NCBI GenBank assembly: GCA_037379345.1
Contig: CM074515.1
Coordinates: forward strand, 6,138,001 to 6,202,000
Reading direction: 5' to 3'
DNA length: 64,000 nucleotides
Origin: Perna viridis
Taxonomy: Eukaryota
This document shows, one piece after another, positions 25,835 to 40,627 of the stretch (position 1 is its first letter; the number at the start of each line of letters is the position of its first letter). The translations under genes were made by a program, and so were the position numbers. The notes beneath the pieces are model-generated. The model had not been told where the DNA came from. It was given only the letters and a program-made list of their open reading frames with translations, and made no database searches.

Positions 25835-25990
25835 CCATAGTCGACATTATGAACTCTTTGATCGTCACCATATTCACCTTGATAACAGATTTGTTCACAA
25901 TGTCGTCCCCTCTTTTGTTTTAACAATCCAGAAGTTTGTAGAAAATCAGACCTTAGCGGTGCACCTGGTCCATTTTTTTTCAATTTTAGT
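25835..25990 (+). mobile_element. Old, degenerate Naiad-like 3' fragment
   Basis: TATGAACTCTTTGATCGT, GTAGAAAATCAGA and CGGTGCACCTGGTCCAT resemble the family 3' end. Confidence 0.45.
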
Positions 25991-27446
25991 GCAATTAAGT
26001 TTGATCATCATAGTAAAAGAATAAATAATGGAACGTAACTATCAATATGTATTTTTAAAAAATTGTTTTCCTTGATGTAGTCTTTCCCCGGGTTATGGAT
26101 ATCTTGTTCTTCGTTCTGTTCATGAAAAACAATATTTTTTAGGATTTTAGAATGTCACTTGTCTTGAGTTGAAAGTTCATACCAAGACCGTTCAATGGAG
26201 TATATTACAGGCTTAATATTTACTTAATAACAGTACAATTGTTGCTTTAGTTGAAAAGACAGAGTTCTGGACTAATCACATTTTGTAGTCATATTTTTTT
26301 TATTCGAAGATTAAAGTGGCGAAAACGCTACTGGGAAAATCGCAGGCTAATCGTTGGAAAAAATTACAATAATTGGAAACCTTGTCTGACGATGTTGTTT
26401 GTCAAACATCTTCATATATCTAATATCATGTAAAATTAAGCATTCAGCGATTTTATATGGCTTTCGAATCCAAAGGAGGGAAAGTTTTTTTCCAATCAAA
26501 CCTAAAGCGAAACCTGGAGGTTGGCGTTTGGTGTAATGCAGTATTAATTTCCTTACCATTTATTTCTTTTAAAAATATTTCAAAACTGTTTTTGAAATAA
26601 TTATTGCTACTGCAAAAGGTCAAATTATTTCTACTGAAAACAAATACTGATACCAAAATAAAATATTTTTGAAACAGTAAAATGTTTAATGAAAGACACC
26701 GATAAAACAGTATGGATTTTTTACTGGCAAAAAGCAACTATTTCTTTTCGACTAGTACTGCAATAGTTTTTGATGAATCACGTCAACGTTAATTACTGTT
26801 GGACATAATGGTATGTGTAACACGTGCACGAACTGTCAAATTTATTGTCTCATGTCAATTTAGTCAAATATTGCATCCATAATAAAAAATAACAATTTAC
26901 ATTTCAATCGCTGATAGCACTTATTGCATTCAAAAAAAATGTGCCAGATGAAAATATTCATTTCTTAAAAGATTAAAATAATCGGATGCGAAATATTTAA
27001 CAATAAAAAGTAACTGAAATTCCCCAAGGATACATATCTATGACAATCCTACATCATGATGTTTGATTAATGCACAATACAGGGTAAATAATCACTACAC
27101 ACAAACCCCTCATTTGCTCTACGATGTTGGTAGCTGAATTATTTATACGAAGTTGACAGATGACAGCACCGACGTTGATTTGATCGTCATCGATTACTTT
27201 AAATCTCTGAGAGGATTCGACGGAGTTCGTTCAATTTAATTTGCTCGATAATCTCTTTGGAAATGAGCTAAAAAATTTTGAATATATCTTGAATGTATTC
27301 TGAACTGCACTGGTAACGCTAATCATATAAAGAACAAGTTATTGTTTGTCTGGTTTTGGATTAAGTGTGTATTCGTAAGCTTATCTATTTTAAAAAGTTA
27401 GAAAAAGTCTATGATATATTGAACCTTAGCAGGAAAAAAACTTGAA

Positions 27447-28202
27447 ATGTTCAATATAACATGTAACGTGACAAATGAAACAGAAATGTGTGTATGTGTT
27501 GATGAATACGAGTATTATTCAGAATGTTACATCGTTCTTGCCGTATCTATCGTAGTTGTTATATTTGTTATGGGTTTTGTTGGAAATATTTTAGTCATTG
27601 TTGTCATAATTAAACGTAGGAGTATGCACACCACTACTAATTGTTACCTGCTCAGCCTAGCCTATGCTGACCTGCTGCTGCTGTTGTCCGCAGCGCTGCC
27701 GGCCACAGCAGATCCATTCTACAGGAGAGGAGAATGGCCGTATGGTTATGCTTTGTGCTCGCTAGTAGTATTCATTCAGTATTTCGGAGCTAACGCTTCT
27801 GCGCTTTCTATCACTGCATTCACAGTAGAAAGATACATAGCAATCTGTCATCCGATGAAGGCACAAATCATGTGCACAACTGAACGTGCAAAGAAGATTA
27901 TCGTGGGACTATGGTGCTTTGCGTTTATGTATTGTGGACCATGGCTAGGATTGAGTGAAGTACTTTGTAAAATAGATTTAAAGGGGAACAAAATGGAGCT
28001 ATGTGGCTACAGACTAGAGAGACACCAATACAGATTGTACTATGTGATAGATTTAGTGTTATTTTACATAATACCATTACTAATTACCGCTATTCTTTAC
28101 TCTTCTATAGTACACATGTTGTACAACACATCTATCTACTGCTCTCGCAGACAGAAATGTTTTGAAGAACGACGTCAAGCTACAGTGTCATCTAGAAGAC
28201 AG
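27447..28202 (+). CDS. TRHR: Thyrotropin-releasing hormone receptor-like GPCR, coding exon 1 (N-terminus to ICL3; TM1-5)
   Basis: GNILV, TNCYLLSLAYAD, QYFGANAS, ITAFTVERYIAICHPMKAQ..CT..RAKKII closely follow vertebrate TRHR; ends SSRRQ|GTAAG (phase 0 donor at 28203). Confidence 0.93.
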
Positions 28203-30019
28203 GTAAGTTCTAATATATTAAATGTTACTTGTGAAACATTTCTTTGGGTTTGCGGTTAAAAACTTCTATACTCACTAACTTGTTTCCTGATATTTACGTA
28301 ATGAATTGAATTTAGTTTACCTAAAAAAGAATAGTTCACCATTAGTTTTATTAATTGATACTTTCCTTACTGTTTTAAATAATTGAATTAAAATAAAACT
28401 TGGACTTCAGCAGCAATTGTTAAATAGAGAGGAACGAAGCAATCTTTTAACTTTGTTATAATTCTTATGATGCATATCACTTCTGCAAGTGAAAAATTTA
28501 TTCATCTTTTTTCACAGAAATTGGCATTATTTTACATTATAAGTTATTTCAATAGTTATGACTATGACAAAACCGTACAGTAATAAGACTAATGCCACGG
28601 GTGTTATGAGGATCGGTTTTTGAAATATGCATGGTTTTATCGACTTGGTTGTCCTTTTGTGTGGATTTTGTTATCTTGTAGCGAATTCGTTAAAATATCA
28701 AATGAAATATAATCGGTAATTGTTTCAGGTTTTCGTCAGTAAATTCGAAAGCGTTGTTGGTAGTGCCAATATCAGTTGTAACGACAGGCCAAAGGTTATT
28801 AAGGCCACGTGATACAATTAATTGTAGTTATCATGTCGTTTCTATTTTACACGGAAATATCAATAAAACATCAGCTTATACTAGAACTTTTTGGAGTGAT
28901 TTGCAGGTTGCGGTCTGCCAAGAGAACAAGTTTATTTTATTGAATTTAGCAAAAAAATAAATTAAAAAAAACAGCCTATATTCAACGTGCATGGCAAAGT
29001 AAAAACAAAATGGGATATGGATCAGGTACGCTGTAGGGGATGATTTTTCTTTCATTATTAGAATCATTCATCGAGTCGCACATGACCGGTAAAAATTTCC
29101 GAAAGTTAAATAAAATGTTGAATAGCTTGTTTTATTTTTATTAGAGACTGACACATCAAATTGTTCCACAAATCAGGATGTTTGCTCAGTAATAAAACTT
29201 CTATTTGTTAATACTACGCCGAGAGCATTAATGGTTTTATTATCAACTGGGTTCAATATACTTTTGGCCAAAAAAACATCAATATCCGGTTTGTGCATGT
29301 AAAATCGGGAGCTTAAAAATAGCATCATGGCAGCTTCATTCTCGAATATTTTGTAAATGCACTTGAGCACCACACCTTTCTAGGAAACATTAGCTAGCTT
29401 CGATGATTAAATGCAAATCGAATCTTAGCTTTTTCCCAGATAGGGGTGGTCAAAACATGGCACCCGAATGTTTACAAAAATAACTTTATCATGATCAGCT
29501 TATCAATAACCGAGACAATTAGATCCAAAGACATTTCGGACCATGCAGCCCACAGTTCCTTCCAAAGCCAGAAATTTTGACCCATACATATTTCAGACCA
29601 TGATAATAAGAGAATACATCAGGAAAAAAAACCGTATATCATAACAAATTTTATAATTTTAGAAGTAAATGAAAACAGGGCTGACAAAAATTACGAAAGA
29701 TGTTTCTTCGGGAGCGTTTACCTTCCTCATATTACCTTAAAATAATTTATCTATAAGATAATCTTAATTAGCTTCAGAAACATGCCAAAAGTGTTCGGTC
29801 ATTTGTAAATTTTCCCTTTGTTTCTATGCAAAATCGCATTTTTTTTTAAATTTGAAAGTTATTTCTAGATCCATTTTCATGATGTTTTACAAATTATAAG
29901 CGAAAGTTTTTGAAGTTTTGCTATTTATTTTGAAAAATGATTTTCTGGCTTAAAATGAATGACTATTGGCACTTTTATTACCGAGAGAACTGATGACGTT
30001 ACGATTTAACACTATTTTC

Positions 30020-31260
30020 AATAGAACGTATATAACCACGTAAAGTAAAATATTACGGTGACAAGCACTAGAATGTTTATAACCACGTGTTGCAAATTGT
30101 TATGGTGACAGGCGCTAGAATGTATATAACCACGTGTTACATATTGTTATGGTGACATGCGCTAGAATGTTTATAACCACAAATTAAAACGCTGACAGGC
30201 ACCAGGACGTATCAAACCACGTATAACAAACTGTAACAGCGACAAGCACCAGGACATATAAAACCACGTACAAAAAACTGTTACGGCGACAAGCACTACG
30301 TACATCAAACCACGTATGACAAACTATTACAATGGTAAGCATCGGGACGCATATAACCACGTATAACAAACTGTTACAGCGACAAGCGCCGGGACGTATC
30401 AAACCACGTATAACAAACTGTAACAGCGACAAGCACCAGGACATATAAAACCACGTACAAAAAACTGTTACGGCGACAAGCACTACGTACATCAAACCAC
30501 GTATGACAAACTATTACAATGGTAAGCATCGGGACGCATATAACCACGTATAACAAACTGTTACAGCGACAAGCGCCGGGACGTATCAAACCACGTATAA
30601 CAAACTGTTACAGCGACAAGCACCAAGACGTATATCAGCACGCATAACAACTGTTACAGTGACAAGCACCAGGACGTATCAAACCACATATAACAAACTG
30701 TTACAGCGACACAGCACCGAGACATATCAAACCACGTATAACAAAATTATACAGAGGAGATAAGCACCACGACGTATAGAACCACGTATAACAAACTGTT
30801 ACAGCGACAAAGCACCGAGACATATCAAACCACGTATAACAAAATGCTACAGAGGAGATAAGCACCAGGACGTATAGAACCATGTATAACAAAATGCTAC
30901 AGAGGAGATAAGCACCAGGACGTATAGAACCACGTATAACAAACTGTTACAGTGACGAGCACCAGAACGTAACAAACCACGTATAACAAACTGTTACAGT
31001 GACAAGCACCAGGACGTATATAACCACGTAAAACAAACTGTTACAGCGACAAAGCACCGGGACGTATCAAACCACGTAAAACAAACTGTTACAGAGACAA
31101 GCACCTGGACGTATAGAACCACGTATAACAAACTGTTACATTGACGAGCACCAGGACGTATCAATCACACATAACAAGCTGTTACAGCGACAAGCACCAG
31201 GACGTATCAATCACACATAACAAGCTGTTACAGCGACAAGCACCAGGACGTATATAAACA
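30020..31260. repeat. 47-bp minisatellite, about 26 copies, with an exact 187-bp (4-unit) duplication
   Basis: Unit ACCACGTATAACAAACTGTTACAGCGACAAGCACCAGGACGTATCAA with period 46-47; 30216-30402 reads identical to 30403-30589. Confidence 0.95.
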
Positions 31261-33404
31261 AGGAACATAATGACACTACGATTGTAGGTGTAACTTGTTA
31301 TTATATAGAATCTTGTTATTTAATCAATGCCTTTATATAAAATAAGTTAACAACTTTGAATTAACACTGTAGAAGTCATTTGAATGGCACTGTTTTGGAA
31401 AGACACATTCACCAGTGTTCTCTTCCATTTGCGATATCTTAAAACATGATCAGCATGCGTCATAAGAACCTTAAACATATTCATCTAAATACGTGTTTTA
31501 AAAAATGAGTTATCAATTATATGAACTATCTCCTGTTTGTTAAATATTGATCTCTGTAAATCTATCATATAGTTTTATGACTTCCGTGCTGAAAGAAAAA
31601 CATAAAACCGTTGTTCGTAGGCATATACATGTACTTGAAAATGTTCGCCAAGACAGATGTGTTGAAAGAAATGTCCGTAAAAAGTAAATTCAGATCCACA
31701 CGATACAGTAACGTGTTCTAGGATTAAACTGCATATTTTCATTTACCATGGAAACTGTTGTACAGACTGTGGTTGTAGTTTACTTTACTAGTGGTAAATA
31801 TGATACAACTGTCAGGTGTCTTATTTCATATATCATTAAACCGTAGGATATGACTCGATTTGAGTATTGTTAACTCAACCACCCTGTCCGAGTACACTTT
31901 ATTTAGACTTACTAAGTCTATAGGTACCGCTTATTTTATACCGTAATTTTATACAGGTCAAGGAAACACAAGTTCCAAAAGATTGAATGTTAAAGAATAT
32001 AAGTTCCTCGGGAATTTTGGTTGTAATATATGTTCCTAATGGAATAAACTTACTATAACAAATGTTCCCAAAAGAATTTTCATTATAAAATAATCTATAA
32101 GAAATGTTCCATCGGAAATTCTATTATAAAGAACACATTTACGTGCAGCAAAATAACGAACGCTTACAATACAAACCAAAGTAGACACCATTATAGTCGT
32201 TCACATTTTCAGTTTACACATATAACAGCCGCAAAATCAATTATAACAGATGGGTAAATTGTCGAGGCAAAGACAGATTAAATTATCAGAGGCCAATCAT
32301 GCTATTTATATTGACATGATCTCAAACGTTGTTCTTTCTGAATTTGATAATGACATTCATGAGAAAGATTAAGATAGGTTAAAGACGATTACAACTGATT
32401 TCACTGTGCACGGGAACTTCCTTTGAGATTAAAGCACGACGCCAAATTTTATTGCTTGAAACGTACATAGTAAATTGTTTCCTGGCCGATCGCGATAAAG
32501 TATGTTCTTGAGACTGATATGCCAGATATTAAGCTGTTCGACTATTTTATGGTAATTGACTCCAATAACTCCACGACATAAATAGATTCAGGAATCACTT
32601 AACTATTCTCGAGAGGGATATTCAATGGTTTCAGTAAATTGTTGTATTAAATAGCAAGTCATTAAAAAAGACATATATAGCTCTTGGGTTGCCATTTTCA
32701 GTCTTCTGGTTTTACTGAGGAATGACAAAACCCTCCTTACCATTAAATAATCTTATCATGGTTTCACATGATAACAGAAATATTGTGAACTATCATTAAA
32801 AAGATTTGCTATAAATTAGTGCTAAATATAGTGTTAATGGTTTGACCTGAATTTTAGTTTAACTGTGATTGGAACGATATAACCTCCACCCCAAAAATTG
32901 TGTTGCTTTGTCAAATCTATTCATTATGACAAGGATTATGTTTATGAGACTCTACATAAACACAAGCTTTATGACATTGATGCATTTTTAGTTACGACAA
33001 GAAAAAAGTACGATTTCCATTCTAAGATATACAAACTGTATTTCTTATAGAAAAATATGTATACTAGTAGTTTAAAATATAAAATTAACGTACCAACATT
33101 CTTCATAATGACCCAGTAACCACGAACCAGTTGACGTAGAAATTATTCACGATAAAGTGGATTCCACGCAGGTATAAACATGGCAGCAAGCAATGAAAAC
33201 CAAGTTTATTTAAGTTAATAGTTCATGTCACATTCACTAGAACTGCAAAAATAGTTTAAAGTTGTTATAAAATCCAGATTGCAATTCATGAATGAAGCCA
33301 ACGTAACAATATACAATATTTTATTTGATTATCTCAAACACAAGTGCACACATATACATTATAATCACAGCATGCACAAACAACACTTCAACATTGTGAC
33401 TTAT

Positions 33405-34045
33405 GAGTAATCAAGGGAACCGAGATTCTAGCCGAAGTCAAAAGAATGTAATCCAGGGACAAACACCAGACATAGAAAAGAGACACATACGACAAAGAAC
33501 ATAAAATAACAAAAAAAATACATACAAAGTAACACAAGTAAAAGAGCAACTCGGACTTCACTGGGAGCATGGACCAGGTGCACCGGTAGGGTAAGCGTCC
33601 TCTGTTTTTCTAGAAACACCCACCGTGTTGCTCATAAAAGGTTAAGTTCATGGTAGACGAAAGAGGAAAGGAAAACTATGACACATTGTACAAATAGGTT
33701 TTCATGGTGCAAATGTATACACCGTAACAATCCAAGAGTTCATTATTACGACCATAAAACTTCTGTATTGATGACTTCAATCTTGTAGCAACATAAACCT
33801 GTTCCATAAGCCTAATTGGAAGTACTCTAGAGCGACACAAAAAGTCTGCATGGTTACGGCAAGCTCTGGCATAACGCATGAGTTGTGATATGTAAACTCC
33901 CATACGCAGGTGCTGAAGGAATGCTGTCACATATGAAAGGAAAGTTGACAATACGGAATGAAAAGTCGTCGCGTATGTCGTATAATTTGGTCAATCGTTT
34001 TCCTTTACACTCGACTTCAAAGTGTAGATCAAGATAGGAGGTGAC
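33405..34045 (-). mobile_element. Naiad-like Penelope-like element, 5'-truncated (RT thumb plus 3' UTR)
   Basis: GVYISQLMRYARACRNHADFL..ATRLKSSIQKFYGR; same 3' terminus as the other copies. Confidence 0.88.
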
Positions 34046-35005
34046 AGATTGAGTACCAGAATATGTTAGGATACGTAAAGTCTAAGTAACAAACAATCTA
34101 TCTGAAAACTTTTGAAACTAGTAGACAAAATGTTGAAAAAAGCCAGAAAACAAACATCAAAGAATGGAAACCAAAGAACCAAGAAAACACAACAGAAAAT
34201 TCAATGAAAAATCGCACGGAGGGTCTTGCTGAGAACAGACATTCACTTGTCAACCCAATCGCTTTCACAAAATCTCTCAAAAAATATCAACCTTAAAAGT
34301 TTCGGTCCTCCTTTTCTGTATACAGTGGTGTAAAAGCTCTAAAGATACAGAATAAATTTTGAACCATCAGTATATCTATGCGTGGAAAGAGTAATCATGG
34401 AAACCAAGGTTCGAGTTGAAATCAATAGAAATATTCCTAGAACAAAAACAAGACAGGGAAAACAGACACACACAGCAAAGAGCATAGAACAACCGTAATA
34501 TGGAACATATGTTATGCATTACAATACAATTTAACCGTTGGGAATATTAAAGATTTTTATTTAATAAACATAAACGGCCAAAAGTCATGAGGACAATAAT
34601 TACGACCGATTGAAGGATACCTCATAAGTAACTTTACAGTCCTTATTGCAAGCTATAAACCCTCTAGTCAAAGATGCAGCTTCGAACTTTTTGCCATATC
34701 AAATTACAGTACACTTTCACATGAACTATATTTCTGTTATGGAAAACTATACTATTCATTAGCATCGACTTTATAATGATCTCAAAATAATAGTACATTT
34801 GCTATAAATAATCAATGTTTTGCTAATAATTAATGAAATAAAATTGCATTCCTTTGACATTTCATTACAATGATACATCCGTTTCTCTTAATGACATTTC
34901 AAATCCATAAAGTCCTAAAAGATATCCCATGTTTATGCATTTATAGGTCATTTTTGGTAAACTCCGAGATTTTATTAAATTTGTTCGAAAATGCCCTATG
35001 CACAC

Positions 35006-36113
35006 CAGGGTTGGGTTCAAATACTTCTGAAAGTAAATAGATACTCTCAGTTACTTTGGAATTTTTGTCAAATACATAACATTGCAATTACTTTGGTTTT
35101 CAAAAGGATTTTTTTCCTAAATGTGATTACACTACAAATAGGAAAAAAAATGATTTCACTATTAAATCACACTATCTAGGGGAAACAAGATTAATGACTG
35201 TCAAAGGTAGATTAAGAGATTAATCAGACAGAAACAAAAGTTTTTAACAGATAACAAATGATAAAAGGTTTGATCAATTTGTTTTGATGTTTGTCAATAT
35301 ACTCTTTTAAAACGTATTTGAAAATATATAGCTAATATACACTGATTATTGTAATTGATCAAAATATAATTATATGCAACATTTTTTTATTTACTATTCA
35401 TACTGTTTGATCAATCTTGTCCTTTTAGCTTAGATAACTAACTCCAGGAAACATATGGGATAGATCAATTTATCATTAAATTGCAATGTATTTGGAATGA
35501 ATCCTCTCAAGTCAGGGTTTTGAGTCCACCCTCGCTCCCTCAAACCCTTGACATCAATCGTTGATATTTAGCGGATATCGTCCAGCGCCATCTAGTGAGT
35601 TACCTAAATTTAACCCGGATCCAAAATCCAATGAAATCACTCGTAATAGAAACTCTTCGATATAACTTACAAAATGGCTACATACACGTAACGTCATTTT
35701 TTTCGCTAAAGACTCTAAACAGAATCTACAGTTATCATTTTTTTGGTCATATTGAATCATTTGTGACATCTTACAACTATCAGTTACTCGTATCATTGTT
35801 TACCTTTCACGGACATTTTATGTCAAATCAAGTTTCATTGGTGCTTCTCACTCGGAGAAGCAACTAATCAGAATTGACTGGACGCTAAATATGAATGCGT
35901 GATGTCAGGGGTTTTAGGGAGCGAGGGTGAACTCAAAACCCTGACTTGGGAGGATGTTGAAATGTAATTGTATTTAAAGTATTTAAAAAAAATTAAATAC
36001 TTTCAAATACAAGTAATTGAACATTCCTTCAATTACTTGTGCTTTGTAATTACTTCCGAAATATATCTAATTGTTATTGATTGCAATTACCGATTTTAAT
36101 TACCCAAAGCCTG
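35006..36113. mobile_element. Non-autonomous hAT element (outer) with perfect 8-bp TSD
   Basis: Starts CAGGGTTGGGT, ends ACCCAAAGCCTG; ATGCACAC at 34998-35005 and 36114-36121; subterminal GTAATT/AATTAC repeats. Confidence 0.85.
35500..35956. mobile_element. hAT-type MITE (inner, nested) with ~56-bp TIRs
   Basis: ATCCTCTCAAGTCAGGGTTTTGAGTCCACCCTCGCTCCCT..TGACATCA mirrored at 35900-35956; TSD TTGGAATG/TTGAAATG (1 mismatch). Confidence 0.85.
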
Positions 36114-37719
36114 ATGCACACTCTTAATAAATGACTTAAAGGAACCATGGAGATAGGTGTAAATGAAACAATAGTAATTAAACCGAAAGTCGACATGAAG
36201 TATATCAACAAAGCAAGGTCACAAATGGAAAATTATTTGCAGTACTTAAGGAATAATATTTTCACATGCACATAAAAGCAAAATCTTGAAAAAATCCAGA
36301 CAGTACCACATGAAAACTTAGTCACATATTGGTGAAACTGATTGAACTTTTTACGGTGACCAATTGTAATAACTGTGTTTTCTACATCTAATTTACATAC
36401 AGAGATATTTTCATATTGAGTATATTGTAGAAAAATGACAATTTCTTGGGAGTACATTCATATAAATAGTAATAAGAAAAGGTTATGAAGGTAACTACAT
36501 TCCAAACAACAAGATCAGTAACACCAGGTCTCTCCAAAAGGTTTCATACACGTGACACTCACATTAAAGAGTGAGATTTAATGACACAATGGGCTCGTAT
36601 GATTAGATGTAAATCTAATTATGGTTACAACACAATCGATGGTTTAATAGTCAAAATATGACTCGACATATAATACATTACAGAAAAAACGGAACATACA
36701 TGGCGAAACGCAACACATGTACCATTGTATAACATTTACAAAAATAGTAAATACTTAAAGAGATCACCAAAAAGGTCTTCAATATGTGTAAACACAGCTT
36801 CAAGTAAGCTTTAAAAGGCCCCACCAACAAAAGTAATTACTGTTAAAACTGAAATATATATTGTACATTTTGGCAGCTGTTGAAACATCCTTTCATTGGA
36901 AAATTCACTAGAATGAATAATGCAGGAAACATTTTTATATACTGTTTCTTAACACTTAAAAAAACACAAGTTTTCATTTGCATATTTCATATGCTTATAT
37001 GCATACGCTACCTTCCCATTATTGTGAAAAGCATGATGAAGCAGTGTAATGAATAGAGTGGTTCACATTCTGAAATATATACATTACAAACTAAAAAACT
37101 CAAAATCATAAAACCCCAACTTTGTTCAACGAAATTAAGCAAAATTTAACCAACATTTTCTTTCTCGTGTAATTTTCCTTGCTGATGTCTTGATTTTTAT
37201 ATCTGCCACAGAGAACTTGGACCATTCTTCTCTTAAAAACAAATCGGAAATTACATATGGAATACTCATAAGCAGTATTTTTTAAATGTTACTACAACAA
37301 ATATATAGAACACATATGCAGAGATTACAATTTTACGACGATTTGACATGAAATGAATGATACGTATCTTAAAATATCGCAATACGTGCAGATAAAGCCT
37401 TAACTCTATATATCTACATTTAAATTATTCCCTTGAGGAATTTTCTACAAAGTTTTATCACACCATATAGATTACATAGATGGTATCCAGAACATACGTG
37501 TAATGTGGTTGTGATAAAAAATTAAGAATCCCATATTTTATGATGGAAATTTTTTTTTAACACGTGAAAGTACACGTGGATAATATTTTAGTACAAAGAT
37601 ATTTGTAAACCTAAAGAGTGGCGGTATAAGTAGACTGGTTCCCGATATTCAGTATGTTAAACATATACAAATATAAATCGTGAGAGTGTATGGCTGTAAC
37701 AAAATACCTGGAACCAGGA

Positions 37720-37945
37720 TACACAGGCAAAATTATTTCACATGATTTTCACCTGAATTGAGCAAATAAACTAAGTGACAGAGTTCACGTGAAATTCGGG
37801 TGAATGAAGCCTTCACGTGAAATTCACAGGAAATGTTCACAAGAAATTCGTGTTTAGTGAATTTCACATGATAATCATGTTAATTGCATGTGAATTTCAT
37901 ATGATAATTATGTTAATTTCATGTGAATTTCACGTGAAAAATATT
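37720..37945. repeat. Cluster of palindromic TTCACGTGAA / CACATG-like motifs, probably a DNA-transposon remnant
   Basis: TTCACGTGAA at ~37784, 37812 and 37929 plus degenerate variants. Confidence 0.5.
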
Positions 37946-40554
37946 TGTTGTGTTCTGTAATGTGTCTTTTTTTATATTTGTGATTGTGACACGTAGGATT
38001 TTCTATCATAATCGTAGTCACTTACAGCATTAAGACAGAAGGGCAAAAAAGATGTTTGAAATTAGATTAGTTAAGTAGGAATAAAATGGAATTTATACCA
38101 GCAGGAATGTAATCACTTTTTAAACGAATAACCAAATTCAACGAATGCTCAAATTCGCATTATTAGTACACGACTAGAGTACAAAATTATAGAAAGAGAA
38201 ACAGAAATAGTAGCAAAAAAAAAAAGAATTGAATAAAATTTTATTCTTCGATAAGCGTTGAATATCTAATATATAATTGAAAATTCGTGTTAAATGTCCA
38301 ATTACTGTTTCTGTGACACAAGACTTTGTACTATAGTTATTGCCAATTAATTTAGCCACGCTCCCTAGATACATTGTCTAAACGAAACAAAATGGATATG
38401 TAACGACATAGAAGTAATGAGCTTGATATATTATGCATTTTTACCCGACATTAAATTTGAGTTAATCAACCTAAGTGCCAACCTTTGAAAAATATATATA
38501 TTGAAGATATGAACAATTCAGTTACTACAGCAAACAAATATTGTGAAGGTGTTTATAAGCATGCATGCTGGTATCCGCAATGACAACCATAATTCAGTTA
38601 GCAAACTAACAATAAAGAGAAAATAATCACAAACGTTTGTTGGTTTTATTAAAAAGCAACATACATCGTCCCATCACATAATAATGATTAGTTATATGTA
38701 CACACATGAGGTTTATAAGAGAATACATAACAGATCATTCTACAACCAAACGACCAAACGACAAAGAAATAGTCTTTGCGAAGTTCTGTTATCTGTTAGT
38801 ACATTACTTCGTTACTATATAAGTATATACTAGTAATGTGTTTTATGGAAAGGACTTCACTAAGTTAAAAATTACTTGTGTTTAATCTATTTGTTGTTTG
38901 ATGAAAAATAACATGTTTAAACTATCAGTGATTAAATAAAATAAGATTATTACGATAATTAGAAATGCACGCCACAAGTTTTCACAGATTTCATAGTAGA
39001 AATTGATTCCTCATTAGCTTAGCATGATTGAAGGTCGTTGACCTAGGGTATCCCCAAAATTTTCCCATAATTCAATTTTTTAAAATTATTTTTACATAAT
39101 ATTTCACAACTGTGGTACATTTTCTGATAATTTTTTAACATCGTGCTGATTTTAAACAATGGCAACTAAATTTTTTTTTCAGTATTCTGAAATCTAATTT
39201 ACCAAACTGAATGTCAGCATTCAAGTATGAAGGCAATTTCCTTCAATCATTTTTTTTTATATATCTTGCTAATTTGTAAAGTGAAGTTCCATATGGAAAG
39301 TTTACAAAAAGCAACGAATTTTGCAGGTTCAAAATGTCTGAATGTCAAAGTGCATTATAGTTTAATATGTCATTTACATTTATTTGATTCAGTTTCTGTT
39401 TATTCCGCCAGTTTCTTTTTATGCCCATTAGAAATTTGGAATCGGATAAACTCGCATAAATCTACGAATAAAATATTAGTTATGTTAATTTAAATTTCAC
39501 ATTGGAAAAAATCTGAAAATTTAAAAAAAAAATGAATCTGACCAATCTAATAGAATGGATATTTGTTTAATTGTATAAATATAGCAAAAAATCCAAACTA
39601 TCAAAGTAGGAAGCCAAAACCGAGAGGTTCTACCACGTTCAATATTTGATATGAAGCCTCGATGTTTTAGATTTTTTTAAAATTTGTATTATTTCAAATT
39701 TTGATAAATAAGATAACTAAAAACTGATATATTTTGGGTCAGCCAAGTCTTACTACTGGGTAACCTATAATTCCTTTTAAAAGGGGTTCTTTTCTGATGT
39801 TTTGTCTTTTGTTGTCATAAACCGTATTTGCTGCAGAAATTAACGAAAGTTATCACAATTATATTGGAGTTTTTCATTCAGCAAATTCATGTGAAAGTTT
39901 TGATTAGGTCCAGTGGAAGAAGGTCTAGATTTAGGAATTCCTTGTTGTTTATTTAAAATTTCAGTTCAAGTACAAAAAAGTATTTTTGATATTTAACCAA
40001 ACAAACTGAATTTAATTCAAGACTGTTAGTTTTCTTTGGTTTTCTCCTTCATCTTTTTGTTTTTGATTCTTCTTTTTTCTTTGTTTTTTTTTTTGTTTTT
40101 GTTTGCTATTGCTTCATTTTTTGTTTTAGATTTTTGGGGTTATTCAACTTATGTTTTATCCCTTCTGTTCTAACCATCGTTTGCCATTCAAAAATCTTGT
40201 GTACTCATCAATATTTACCAAGTCTTAAAGACAAACGCCTATATATTTGAATGTACAGCATGTTCTTTTGAATATACGGTTTATTTTTAGTATCTGTTTG
40301 AATATAATCTATCATTTTTCTTTCAAATGTTTTTAACAAGTAAAAATCCCTAAGTGTGATAATTTCTCTTCGCAGGCATTTAATTTTTTATGCATATTTG
40401 CATGTAGTGCCAAAGTATGCATGTAAAACTCTAAGTTTCTTACCGAAAACCAATCTAACCTCATTTCCTCATTTCTACTTTCAACAAGATCAAAACGAAA
40501 GGCAGTATTAAACATCTCTACTTCGTTTGGTTTATTTTCTATGTATACTTTAGC

Positions 40555-40627
40555 CGTGCTGACATTTTCATCTCGGTGGGGTTGATGTCTCTTTGATATA
40601 TCCTCCATACCTACTCTCGTTATATTC
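40555..40627 (+). mobile_element. 3' terminal fragment of the twister-bearing repeat family
   Basis: TGACATTTTCATC.CGGTGG..TTG.TGTCTCTTTGA.ATAT..CCATACCT..TCTCGTTATAT matches 23442-23504. Confidence 0.75.

Noticed and set aside
30020-31260. CRISPR-like array (also considered for 10248-10875)
   Set aside because: Whole units are homologous, there are no unique spacers or cas genes, and the context is eukaryotic: these are minisatellites.
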